A stretch of 52,905 nt of DNA, filler included, from Bipalium vagum (lineage: Eukaryota): assembly GCA_037834085.1 (NCBI GenBank). It is 3 parts of 3 records of this genome, joined end to end, with 100 filler letters (N's around TTAATTAATTAA, not from the genome) between each part and the next. Parts side by side here need not be neighbours in the genome. Positions count along the whole stretch, not along the records: positions 1 to 19,234 come from JBBMKC010006755.1; 2 more parts are not named here. The stretch is one strand, 5' to 3'. Under the pieces are notes generated by a model. The model ran no database searches. It was given only the letters and a program-made list of their open reading frames with translations, and was not told the origin of the DNA. Below are positions 1 to 11,830 of the stretch, piece after piece (the stretch's first letter is position 1; each line of letters starts with the position of its first letter). A program made the translations under genes and the position numbers.

Positions 1-270
1 ATGTTTTGACTGAAGTTATCAGACGTTACAAACCCGAAAACATCTACAATGCAGATGAGACAGGTCTTTACTGGCGTTCACTCCAAAATGGTTCCCATGT
101 ATTTAAAGAAAAATCAATTGGCAGGTTGTAAAATTGCCAAGGACCGGGTTATATTGCTAATCTGTGCTAGTATGGTTGGAGAAAAACGCCCTCTTTTGAT
201 AATAGGTAAGTCTAAAATGCCTCGTTGTTTCCAAAGTTTGAAATCTTTGCCTCTTGATTACCAATATAAT
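1..270 (+). mobile_element. pogo/Tigger transposase fragment (DDE_1, frameshifted)
   Basis: Across a frameshift reads YKPENIYNADETGLYWR...GCKIAKDRVILLICASMVGEKRPLLIIGKSKMPRCF...LPLDYQYN, the pogo/Tigger/CENP-B DDE_1 signature. Confidence 0.85.
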
Positions 271-734
271 AATAATAATAATTCATTTTTTCCTAACATT
301 AATTGAAAATTTATCTATATTATCTATCTACATATCCTTAGAATCGCGCTAAGCTAATAAAAATAAAATAAAATACATTTAATGATAACTGAAAACTTTT
401 AAAAAGGTTGATGGATAATTAAAATTCTTTTTGTAAAATAAATTGAATCACTATAAATGATTATTAATCAAATATAAAGTGATTGAAATATATACTATTT
501 GGAAAAATACAATTTATAAGCTTAATCAGATTTTAATAATCAAATCTGTTTAATTTTTGAATAAATCAACAGAAAAATTAAAAAAAAATAATTCGGCAAA
601 AAACTTATAACGAATCCAGATATTTTCCATAAGGAATTCAAACACTGCTATTTTTATAAATTCACCTTTCTGATATAAAAACCAAAAATATTTAATTGAC
701 TAAAATGAAACTTCTTTTAGTCTTTTATTTTGTT

Positions 735-1134
735 TAACTAAATTTGGAGAGAAAAATACGCCTCAAAAGGTTTTCATCCAAAAAAAGAGCTAATTGAGGG
801 TTTGATGAAATCATGGTACGAAAAAATATTGGAAATTATAAAACCGTTAGTAGAAACAATATCTAGAAAACGCCAACCCATAATTAACATAATGGACGAC
901 ATACTAATATTAGATACAACTTTAATGTCGAAAATCCAATTTCTTTTCAAAAATTAAGAGTGTACAAATACTTTTTCCCAAATGAAATATATAATTTTTA
1001 TGAACACTATTGGAAAAAAATTAATTTCATGTTTCATCACTTTTCAATTGATTTTTGTGAAAGCCTAAAAGATTCAGATTATACAAGTGTTTCAGATCTA
1101 TAATTAAGTGCACGAATACTTTCATCCAATACTG
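735..1134 (+). mobile_element. Tc1-like element 3' remnant
   Basis: Degenerate Tc1 C-terminus (LERKIRLKRFSSKKELIEGLMKSW...), then a terminal repeat-like end ...gtgcacgaatactttcatccaatactg|ta, with a related inner copy gtgtacaaatacttt near 960. Confidence 0.55.
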
Positions 1135-1662
1135 TAATAACTAAAAAAAATCTAAATTATTGTAAAATAAAAAAAGAAATAAACTAATATAAATTTCTCT
1201 TTCATTACGATTTTAGTTGATAAATAATAAAAAAAAAGATTTTAACTTAATTCAAAAATTTGATAATTATCCATAATAATAAATAAAAAAAATTATTCAT
1301 AATATTCTATTGAAAATTATTCAATATTTTTTTAATATATTGTTATTAATATGTTGTAATATACACAAATATGTTGTATTAATCTGACATCTAATGAGTG
1401 AAAAGGAAATTCTCTTCTACCAGTAATGAAATTTCATCAGGAAACCATTCTGTAAACTATTACTCTTTAGGGTATTAAATCAGCGTCTGCATAGTGAAAG
1501 AAATCGAATTTGGTACCAATTCAATTTGATTGATGGAATTAGTAATTTTGGCTGAGTGGGAAACACAGGAAATGCAATCAACATTTTCTTAAGTAAATAA
1601 ACTTTAAATAACGAAGTCTCTTCAAAATACAATTTTATGACTGATGATTAAAATTATTCAGT

Positions 1663-4600
1663 TTAAACAATAAATTCATCGATATTTTTAATTTTATCCA
1701 AATTCATCTGAAACTGTTTACTTTCCAAATCGGAATCATGATGACATTTTACATTGTTTGACACATTGGAGCATACCGATTCTTTATCCATTATGGTGGT
1801 TGGATTGAATATATGCAGAGATCCGGAATTTTGAAGATAATTTATCCAAACTTTTCCAATTATTTCACTAATAATAACTTCTCCACAATGTAAAGATATT
1901 ATGTGAAAAATAAAAATACTGTCTGTATGCAAATAGTTTTGAATAAAATCCAACAGTTCGATTTTCGATGTCATGTTATTAGGATAAAGATTCTGAGAAT
2001 CAAGGTTTGATTTGATAAAGGTTAATTTAAATCTCTGCATTTTTAGGATAACTATCCAATATATTGTGCTGCTGATTGTAAGAATAAATAAGATAGCAAA
2101 CCATAGCCAAAGGAAAACAAATATTTTTTCCAAAAATATATTTAATGGCAAAATGCATTGTAGAGTATACCTTTAAATAAAAATAAATTAATTTTCAATT
2201 GAATAATTATATATTTTTATTTCATATTTTTTAATTTACTATGAGCAAAAAATAAAGTGTTTTTATTAAAAATTAGGACCGAATTTCTAAAAAAAAGTAA
2301 TGTCAAAGAAAAATTCATTATTATTATTATTTATTTCATTTAATTTGGTTTATTATAATCTATTTTATATTAATCTTATTGATACTAAACTATCTTGTGA
2401 AACAGTTCAGTAATTGTATCTTAAAGGAAAACTACATGACTAGGCATTCTGAATTTTTATAATATGCCTCAATATTTAAAATTAAATAAACTTAGATTAT
2501 TTTATATTTTAAGGATTTATTTTATTAAATTCTTAAATATTTATTTAAAAAATTTTGAAAATACAGGTTTATGCAGAAATATATAGAAAAATACTCAAAA
2601 TATATAGAAAATTATTCAGAAATATATAGAAAAAATATTCGATTGTTTCTATTTGAATTTGATAGCATTTCAGTCAACCAAAATACTGACTCAAGAATTT
2701 TATGTGATATGAATTATACCAAAAAGCTATTAGTCGGAATTCCCAAAGAGAGAAATAATAGCTAAAACATTGAGGCTAGACAGCTTTATGCGAGGGACAT
2801 TGAAAACATTGAAAACTGTAATCTGGCTTACTTAGATGACACAGGAGTCAACTTACAACAAACCAGAAGTTTTTGCCACCATACTCGCCTCAATTAAATC
2901 CGATCAAAGAGTTTTTCAGCAGATTTAAGCCGAAAATATATAAAAACCTATATATAAAATATATATAAATATTTATAAAAATCATAATAGATCAGGACCA
3001 TTTAAAAGAAATGATTACCCAGTTACTCATACATAACTATATCGATTTAAGTGGTTATTTTCGCAACATAAAGCCTTGGTGAGACAAGAATTTCGTTTCG
3101 AATGTTTTATTGTTTTTATATGTACATTTCTACTCGTGTATTTGTTATGAAATATATATATATATATATTCTGAATATTTTTCTATATATTTCTGAATAA
3201 TTTTCTATATATTTTGAATATTTTTTTGTATATTTTTGAATATATTTTGAATATATATTTCCGAATAATCCTGTAAAAAATCATTAAATTAATTTATTAA
3301 AAACAGTTTTTGTTTAAATAACGGTCGATTTTGGTACCTTTTAGAAAAAAAAATTTTATACATAAAGTCTTTTCTTAATATTGCGACTAATAGCTGCAAA
3401 ATCGATGAGATCATATATTGTCATGATGAAGAATAATTTTTCTAATTTGATTGTTCTTTCTAATTTAGGAAATTATGTGGCATTAGCAAACTGTTGTATA
3501 CCATTTAGCATTGACAGTTCTCTGGTCTTCAAAGTTATCGCTACCTAATGCCCTTTAAAACAACAGAAAGACAATAATTTTCTTTGCAACTTTTGTTAAT
3601 TTTGAATCACTTTTAAATACTCAAGCTATTGGTGTATCCTTATATCCAGGGTCCATACGAATAAGTCCATATTTCATTATCAATGATGATATTTAAAATT
3701 AAATTTGAATTACCTATGCTTAAATTGTCAGAAAATTTCAAATTATGTGGAATCCAACAACTAATTCTGGTTATAGGATTTATTAATTAAATTTTATTTA
3801 AATTTTATATTTTTATCAAATATATCTCAAATATAATTTTAAGAAAATTATTTCCAAACAAAATTTTCTCAAAAATAATAATTATTTAATTATTAATTTA
3901 ATTAACTTGAGTTATCTACGATAACATATAATGAAGATGTTAATAAAACATACGGATCATTTTTGCCGATTTTCTTAGCTTCAAAATCACAAAAGGTTAC
4001 CCTTGGAAAATGTTCCGAATTTTTCCATTCGATATTCATTAAAAATTCATAAATTATTCGTATGCCATAAAAATTGTAATTAGTACCTAAAAAACTTTCC
4101 ATAAAAACAATCTGACCACATATTTCTAAAAAACTTAAAATTTTCATTATAATAAAAATACTGTACAATCTTCTTCCTTTCTTGAAGCAGTGACAAAACA
4201 AATATTTACAAGAATAAAGATGATTTTCAGAAATTCTGTAATTTGATGTCTTCAAATTTTGTTTCCCTATACATAGAATTAAATAGTTAGCAATGATCGT
4301 GCTATGTTTTTCGAGATCTTTTGGAATGATAATATTGCATTCAGTGGCAATACAGAGAATTTCCTTAAAATTAAAACCACATTTATTCATGAAAAACTTC
4401 CATAAGCAATGTGGGATGATGCAGACAATTAGTTGAGTAAGTAGAAATATGGGGGCCCATTGGTAATAGCTGATAGATAAATTCTGTCTGTCGAGGGGTA
4501 GTCTTTTCTCTAAAGAAGTGAAATAAGTGTTAGAGACGAAGCAGTAGCTCTCAGCATATGTTTCCCATCCTTTTGTAAATTCCTGAGGTATCCAACATTC

Positions 4601-7600
4601 GATTTGTTTCCCTAAATGTATGAAACTATGAAGAAATTGAATTTCAACTTTCAAATAAATTTTCCACATTAATTTTAGATATAATATTATTATAACACCC
4701 TTGTTTTGAAAATTCTTCTTTAATACACAATCAAAAATGTAAACACATCTTGAATTATAAAATAATAATAGTAATAATAGTCATAATAGTCATAATTATT
4801 ATTATTATTATAAATAAATAATATTAATAATAATAAAGCTGGATGTTAAATAATTATGAAAAATCTTGTTTTCTATTTAACTACAAAAAGATAAATAAAA
4901 TACTTATAAATAAATAAAATGTATGTTATATACAGTAGCGCTCAGAAGTTAGTTGATACTGAAAATATAAGTGTTTTTATGAAGTTTCTTTTTTATTATG
5001 ACTACCCAAAAAAATATATAAATATGTGTTTTCGTAAAAGCTAATCAAATCAATCAAACGAAAATTGTATTGAGATTGATATTAAATAAATGAAATATTC
5101 AAGAAAATATGTAATATTAAGAGTTCATAAATTATTTGTCATTGACAATGTAACATGAAAATCGAGAAACCTTTAATAATATATTACACGAATTTTAAAA
5201 AAATTATTATTAATACCAGTGATTCAAACTAATATTTAGTAGCATAACCATTGGAAGCGATAGCAGCTGCACATCTGCGAGACATAGAGTCAACAAGTTT
5301 AATCAATTTTTCTAAATGAATTTTAATCCAACTTTCCTGTAAATCTCTAAAGAAATCTTGTTTATTGGATATCTTTTTAATTCGGATGGTACGATCAAGC
5401 TCCTCCCACAAATGCTCAATTAGATTAAGGTCCGGACTATGACTAGATCACTTCATAACACGGATTTTCTTGCGTTCTAGCGTTTGTTTAATAAAGTTGG
5501 ATGTGTGTGATGCAGATTATTTGAATAAGAGGTCCGACTCCATCTCTGGAAAAACAACCCCACACCACGGCATTTCCTTCATCGTGTTTAATAGTCGAAC
5601 CTCATATCTTACATTAAATCTTTGGTTAACAGATCGACGAACATATAGAATACCATCATTAGATAGCAAATTAAATATGCTTTCGTCACTCCAGAGCACA
5701 TTAGACCAATCTTGAATTGTCCAATCTTTATGATGTCGAGCAAATTCCAATCGGGCCATTCCATTTTTCTTCGATATAACAGGTTTCTTGTTGGGACGTC
5801 TTGCAAAACGTCCAGCAGATTGTAGACGTCTTTTTACAGTAGAAATGCTGATTTTATTAAATGCGTTGGAATGACTTATTTATTGATGCTTTGGAAATAA
5901 TGATTAATTTCTGTGACAATATCGACAGCAGGTCTTGGTGGATCTGCTTTTGAGGAACGAATAATGATGCGATCTAGATGAGCATTTGTTTTCCTTGGTC
6001 TTCCAGATATTGGTGCATTAAAAATATGTCCATTCTGTTAAATTTGTTGACCCAATTGCTGATTACTTGTCGCTTAAGCCCCAAATCGCGCGAGACACTT
6101 GATTGTGTTCTTTCTCTTTTAACTGCCATATCAACTCGTTCCTTAATATCATTACTATAATTGTTTGCTCTCACCATGATTGAAACTAAATAGTTTTAGA
6201 CATTATTTTAAGAAAATAGTTGATAATCTTACTATAAATTGATTATAAGAAAATGAAAACTAATTTTTGAGTGCTTCTTTTTAATGGTTTATGGTTTTTT
6301 ATTATTTAAAATTTTATAAATTTAAAATATGTTTAGAAGTTTATTTCTTTGCATATGTAGGAAGATTTTTAGCAACAAAAATTTAACATAATTATCTAGT
6401 AACAGCTAAATTTACTTATGAAAACTTAAAATTCGGGTGTCAACTAACTTTTGAGCGCTACTGTACATTATCACACTTATAAAACATTCATTCATCTAAA
6501 AATACATCATAAAGATAAAAGCTTTATTGGTTTAAATGTAACAATTTTAAATAAATTCTAAATATATTTTTAGATATGAAAAGATATATTTTTATACAAA
6601 TTTAAAATTATAAATTCTTAATAAAATAATAATAATCAATTTGAAATTTATACTATTCAATTAACTTGTATTTTTGTTTAATTATTATCCACCATTTTAA
6701 ATCTATTAGACATCAATTAAGTATTGTTACTTAAAAAGTTATTTCAATGAAATTTTTATAATGAAATTATAAAATAATAAATAGAAAAATTATTTAAACA
6801 TTCAGTTCTTATGAATTATGGTTTCATAATTATATGAATAGATTGTTTTAATTATAAATGGGCACTTTAAATAAATATTATGTTCTATATTATTGGGTTG
6901 ATTCATAAGTTCGTGCGTTTTTTCTATATAAACTTTAATAGCAAATTTTAAATATATTGTTTAGATATTAGGAAGTTGCACACCATTTGAAAGCTGAGAA
7001 AGAGACACGCAAGATACTTAATTATATTAGGTTGTTTAGAAATGAATATCAGTTGTATAAATCTATTTTACTTAACCTTAGTTTACCATAATTTTGTGTT
7101 GTTTTATTATATTTTATATATCATTTTAAAGCGTGGAATTTAAATTATATTTTGTAAGCATTTCGTAATTATTTAATTTTAAATAATGTTATTATTAATA
7201 TTTTAAGGTAACATGAAAAATAATCAATTACGTACAATTTACTTGTATGAATTTAAACTGAGTCACAGAGCAGCAGAAGCAAGTCAAAACATCATTTGGT
7301 GAAGAAGCGACTACCGAACGCACAACATTGGTTCAAAAGATTTAGCGAAGGAGACGAAACACTGGAAGATAAAGATGGTTGTGGTTGAAGGAGTTCAATA
7401 AATAATGACGAATTGAAAGCACTGGTGGAGGCGAATCCACGTACTACAGTTAGAGACCTAGCAAAAGAGTTAGGTGTAACAATTGGAGCAATTTCGACCC
7501 ATCTGAAAGAAATTGGGAAGTCCAAAAAGCTCGACAAGTGGGTCCCACACGACCTAAGCGAAAATCAGAAAAATCGACGATTTGAACTTGCGTCTTCTCG

Positions 7601-10600
7601 CATTTTGCGCAACAGTAATGATCCTTTTTCGACCGGATTGTGTCGACTGACGAGAAGTGGATAATGTACGACAACAGACGGCAGTCAGCTCAATGGTTGG
7701 ACCATGATCAAGCTCCGAAACATTTTGGAAAGCCGAAGTTACACCAAAAAAAACTGATGGTGACTGTCTGAACGTGGTCTAATTCATCACAGCTTCTTGA
7801 AACCAGGAGAATCAATTAGGACAGAGTTATACTGTAAGCAAATTTGAAGAAATACATTTGAAACTTCAAGAGCATCATCCAGCTTTGGTCAATAGAAAGA
7901 GAGCTATTCTATTACAAGACAATGCTCGGCTGCATGTCGCACAATTGACCCTACAAAATTGAACAAGTTGGACTATGAAATCCTGCCACATCCAGCATAC
8001 TCACCTGACCTTTCGTCAACAGACTACTATTTCTTCAAACACTTGGACCACTTCTTACGGGATAGATGTTTCAGAAACGAAGAGGACGCCAAAATACCCT
8101 CAACGACTTCATCGCTTCCAGAACACAGGAATTTTATGATAGTGGCATAAAGAAACTTGTGTCTCGTTGGACTAAGTGTATTCAAGCTAATGGTGCATAT
8201 TTTGCTTAATAAACTTTAGTCTTACTTGAAAATTTTTACTTTAAAAGTTAAAAGTCAAAAAACGAAATTCATTTCTGAACAACCTAATATTAAGTTATAT
8301 GTAGTTTGTATATATATTCTGCTAAAAAGCATGGATAAATTAGTAATTTGTACACTTCTGAAACATTACCAAAAGTAGAATTTCAGAGCCATAGATGCTG
8401 CAAAGAAAATATGTAAAGTTGAAGGAGACAAATCAGTGTCCATACGGACGGCTCAAAAGTGGTTCAAAAAATTCAACAATGGTGACATGGACCTCAATGA
8501 TTATCCTCGCAGTGGACGTCCCACCACTGTAGATTCGGAAGCTATTCTCAAAGCCGTAGAAATGAATCCATCAAATAGTACGCGTATATTGTCGGCTGAG
8601 ACTGGAACATCACTACCATCCGTGGTTCGTCACATGCGACGAAAAATTGATATATTTTTATAATCCAAACAAGAGAAATCAATGGTTGGAACCAGACCAA
8701 GAAGCCCAAGACTGTTCCAAAACAAGATAAGTTCGGAAAAAAGATCATGTTGTGCGTGTGGTAGAACTTTGAAAGGATTATACAATTCGAAGTACTTCCA
8801 GATGGTCAAACCATTACTGCTGAGTTATATTCTGCTCAACTCGATCAGATGTACTAATAATTAGGCATAAAATATCCTGCTTTAGTCAACAGAAAGCGAG
8901 TGCTTCTGCAACAGGGTAATGGTCTTCCGCATACTACCGAGTAACGCAAAATAAAATAACCCAATTAGAAGGAATTGAAATTTTACCACATCCAGTATTC
9001 AGTCCAGATCTAGCACCCAACAATTACCACCTTTACCGATCAATGGCTCATTTTCTTAGAGGACGATAGTTTGAGAATATAGAACAGGTTGAAAATGAAT
9101 GTCGTGAACTTTTCCTTTCCAAAGATAAAGCATGGTACCGGAGTGACATCGAACAAACTGCCCATCGTTTGATTAAGACAGTTTAACATAATGGTCTTTA
9201 GTTTTCAGAATAAAATTTGTTTGATTGCTAGATTCTTATCTCTAAAACATGCATAATATTTTTATTAAAAACGCACGAACTTATGAATTAACCAAATATT
9301 TAATAGGAAAAAAATTATTTAAATTTTTAAGTATAATAAATTTAAACAAGAAATATTTTACATTAAATTTTAATAATAATTTTTAGTGTCCAAATCTGGA
9401 AATGACTGCTATCAAATGTACTATTTTGTGAATGAACTTTTGATTTTTTTTCATTACAATTGTTAGGTTGGGAAAGAATAATGTCCTATTTTGTCTAACA
9501 TAAAAATAACTTTAATCTGTGTAACAATTTATAGAGAAATAACAACATAGAAAAGAATTAGATGCTTCTCTAATTGTAAAAGAATTTTAGAAGCCAACAA
9601 GGTCAAAATAATTTAAGGTTATTCTGGTAGTGATTTATTAAGTGTCCAAATAAGTTCAATAAGTTTCTTTTCAAGGTGTTATAGGGTTTTTCAAAATAAT
9701 TAACTTTTATTTCAAAAATCATATTAATAATTTTTATTGCACTAAGCATATACATGAAAATCTAACTATGGAAAAGCACTGCTTAAAAATCTTAATCCAG
9801 CTATTGCTTTTACGAAGAACCTATTCATAACACGAACAAACCTTGGCATTTTACTGAGATAATTGATTCTGAGACCCATTGAATTTGATCCATTAGTTCC
9901 TCCTTTTGTTACTATTATACCTTAAAATTAACTTACACTTGTATATCAACAACTCCTCACTTTAATGTGTTGTGTTCGTTTTTCGAATTTAAAACCAAAA
10001 TGAATCAAACCACCACGAATAAAACTTTATTTTAAATTTATCACAACAACTACAATTCAAAATCAATTCATAAATCAAAATCAAAACTGTAAATTTATCA
10101 ATTTCTAAAATAAAACTAAATCAAGTCCAATGCAATGGTAACAACAAAAATAGAATCAAATCAATAATAGGAATGAGAATCAATAATAATGATTAAGTAA
10201 ATAAAATGAAAACCAAATAAAAACCAAATAGTGCAAAACGGATGGGTCTCACCCGGAGTGACAACAGGTCGTCCACTTGGCCCTTTTCAGGTCGCATAGG
10301 AAATCCCAAACTCGACGGAACCCGTTCTAAAATCCTGTTGCGAAAAAGCAGACATATTGAGATCTTCACTACTAATTTGACGTTTGTATTCTGAATGAAT
10401 ACTCCAAGAAACTGAATCCTCCAAAACCAAAACTTGAAGAGTTGAGGTTTAATGGTCACAAAAGAGGTTTTAGCCAAATAATAATAAGAACAAAATAAAT
10501 AATAATAATAAAATAGTATGATAAGATCAATAACAATTTTTATTGGTGGGAAACTGTACAATATTATTTGGGAAATTAAATATTACAGTCAAATCTCGTT

Positions 10601-11776
10601 ACTATACCACCTCACTATTGTACGACTTTTACTAGGTTCTGATAAAATTAAATACAAAATAAAATTACATTGCTACTATTGCGTGACTGTTAAAAGGCAC
10701 GAGTCCAAATCAAACACTCGATGATTCTCCAAGATAAAAACTACAAAAGTGCTGGCATGTCTTGATAACTGTGATGGCCATTCCCCCGAGCTCCAAGTGA
10801 ACAATACACAATTAGTCTTCTTCCCATCCAACACGACAGCCAATTCGCAACCAATGGATTAAGGAACCATAGTAAGCCTCAAGCGCCACTACAAGAAGTT
10901 ACTGCTATGCCGCTGACTTGAGGCCATGGATGAAGGGAAAGACTTCAAGTTAATGCTTTATATGTCTCCATGTTGCAGGTCATCAACTCGACAATTATAA
11001 CTGTTTCGCGAAGGCTAAGTTTATTGAAGAGGAAATCGAAATTGATCTACAGGATGCAGAATTGCTCCTGGCAGCTTTGGACTGGTAATTAACTTGAGAA
11101 AATAAATTCGTTTTTACAAACCCTTGTTACTATGCCACTCTTTCTCGGTCACAACAGGTAGAATAGTAAGGAGATTTGACTATAATGCTTAAAATAAGAT
11201 AAGATGAATCAATCAATCAGAAATTTATAATTTTTGACAAATTGAGGTACTATTTAATAACAGAATTATAACAACCAACGACTGGTTTAACAGATGGTTA
11301 TTAAATTTACTATAAAGGGAAACGATTTCCCTGTGGAAAGGTTACTCTCATTTCAATAATTGACTATTTACATGAAAATAAATGATTGAAAATATTGAAG
11401 ATAACATTTTTCATTCAAAAAAACTTAATTTTACATTAATTTAAACTGATTGAAAATTAAAAAATAATAAAAAAATTTTTCCCTTTATTCACTAAAATTT
11501 AAAAATGTGCCATTACTTTTGAATAATATAATTATTTTGTTTTATTAAATAAAATAATTGAGATTAATTTAATGAACTCTTACCCACATATTGCCTCATG
11601 CTAATTAAACTTGTCATAATTGCTAAAATAACTGATGTATAACGATAATTGAGTCTATCCACAAAGTCATCAATTTTTTCTTTGTTAAAACTCCCAAAAC
11701 TAACATATTTTATTATGTTTTCTAAGTCCATATACATGTTAATTGTTTTGACGTAGCATAATATTGGATATATCAT
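1663..11776 (-). CDS. inx: Innexin (gap junction/hemichannel protein), 3 coding exons
   Basis: Exons 11776 (or 11731, MDLENII)-11584, 4611-3954 and 2170-1663 join in frame via GT-AG (QYVG|KQIECW, KNDP|YTLQC). Motifs: DDFVDRLNYRYT, CWIPQEFTKGWETYAESYC, YYQWAP, FPRVTFCDF, QCILPLNIFLEKIFVFLWLW, with the four conserved extracellular Cys. About 437-452 aa. Confidence 0.95.
2564..3273 (+). mobile_element. Non-autonomous IS630/Tc1-superfamily element with tandem-repeat inverted arms
   Basis: TA|CAGG...CCTG|TA ends. Both arms are built of ~20-bp units (CAGAAATATATAGAAAAATATT). Internal transposase remnants LAYLDDTGVNL and LPPYSPQLNPIKEFFS. Lies in innexin intron 2. Confidence 0.75.
3400..3680 (-). 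mobile_element. mariner transposase remnant
   Basis: Minus-strand translation TVNAKWYTTVC...IRKIILHHDN matches the mariner catalytic region; multiple stops. Confidence 0.55.
4933..6463 (-). mobile_element. Tc1 (DD34E-type) element, both ends present, defective transposase
   Basis: TIRs CAGTAGCGCTCA(G/A)AAGTTAGTTGA with TA on both sides. Transposase 6177-5229 has VLWSDES, VWGCFS and SPDLNLIEHLWEEL; it is frameshifted and the second catalytic D is deleted. In innexin intron 1. Confidence 0.92.
6893..9296 (+). mobile_element. mariner element (outer host), interrupted by a nested mariner
   Basis: TIRs TT(G/T)GGTT(G/A)ATTCATAAGTTCGTGCGTTTTT with TA flanks. Degenerate transposase 8331-9213 (SIRTAQKWFKKF, PRSGRP, SPDLAPNNYHL). 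Confidence 0.88.
7027..8287 (+). mobile_element. mariner element (DD34D, Hsmar1/cecropia-like), nested, ~1.26 kb
   Basis: TIRs TTAGGTTGTT(T/C)AGAAATGAAT with TA duplication. Transposase 7213-8209 has WVPHDL, QDNA and YSPDLSSTDY (34-residue D-D spacing); stops and frameshifts present. Confidence 0.92.
10586..11182 (+). mobile_element. Internally deleted pogo/Tigger element
   Basis: TIRs CAGTCAAATCTC(G/C)TTACTAT with TA flanks. Internal KVLACLDNCDGH...FFPSNTTANSQPMD*GTIVSLKRHY (DDE_1). Confidence 0.85.
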
Positions 11777-11821
11777 TTATTTAACGTGGAATACAAGTGA
11801 TTCTTAGTAGGCTGAAATTTT

Positions 11822-11830
11822 AGCCAATCA
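11822..11830. promoter_or_regulatory. Candidate CCAAT (NF-Y) box upstream of innexin
   Basis: AGCCAATCA, a full consensus match 46-91 bp upstream of the candidate start codons; the TSS is unknown. Confidence 0.3.

Noticed and set aside
2564-2640. CRISPR-like array or ORF 2571-2765 as a protein
   Set aside because: The repeats have no spacers and are transposon arms; the KYIE repeats come from translating the arm.
5470-6160. Plus-strand ORFs over the Tc1, and similar shadow ORFs at 7292, 7450, 8548, 14492, 15199, 32634, 33687, 33752, 42244 and 46324
   Set aside because: They are antisense or off-frame readings of transposases or exons.
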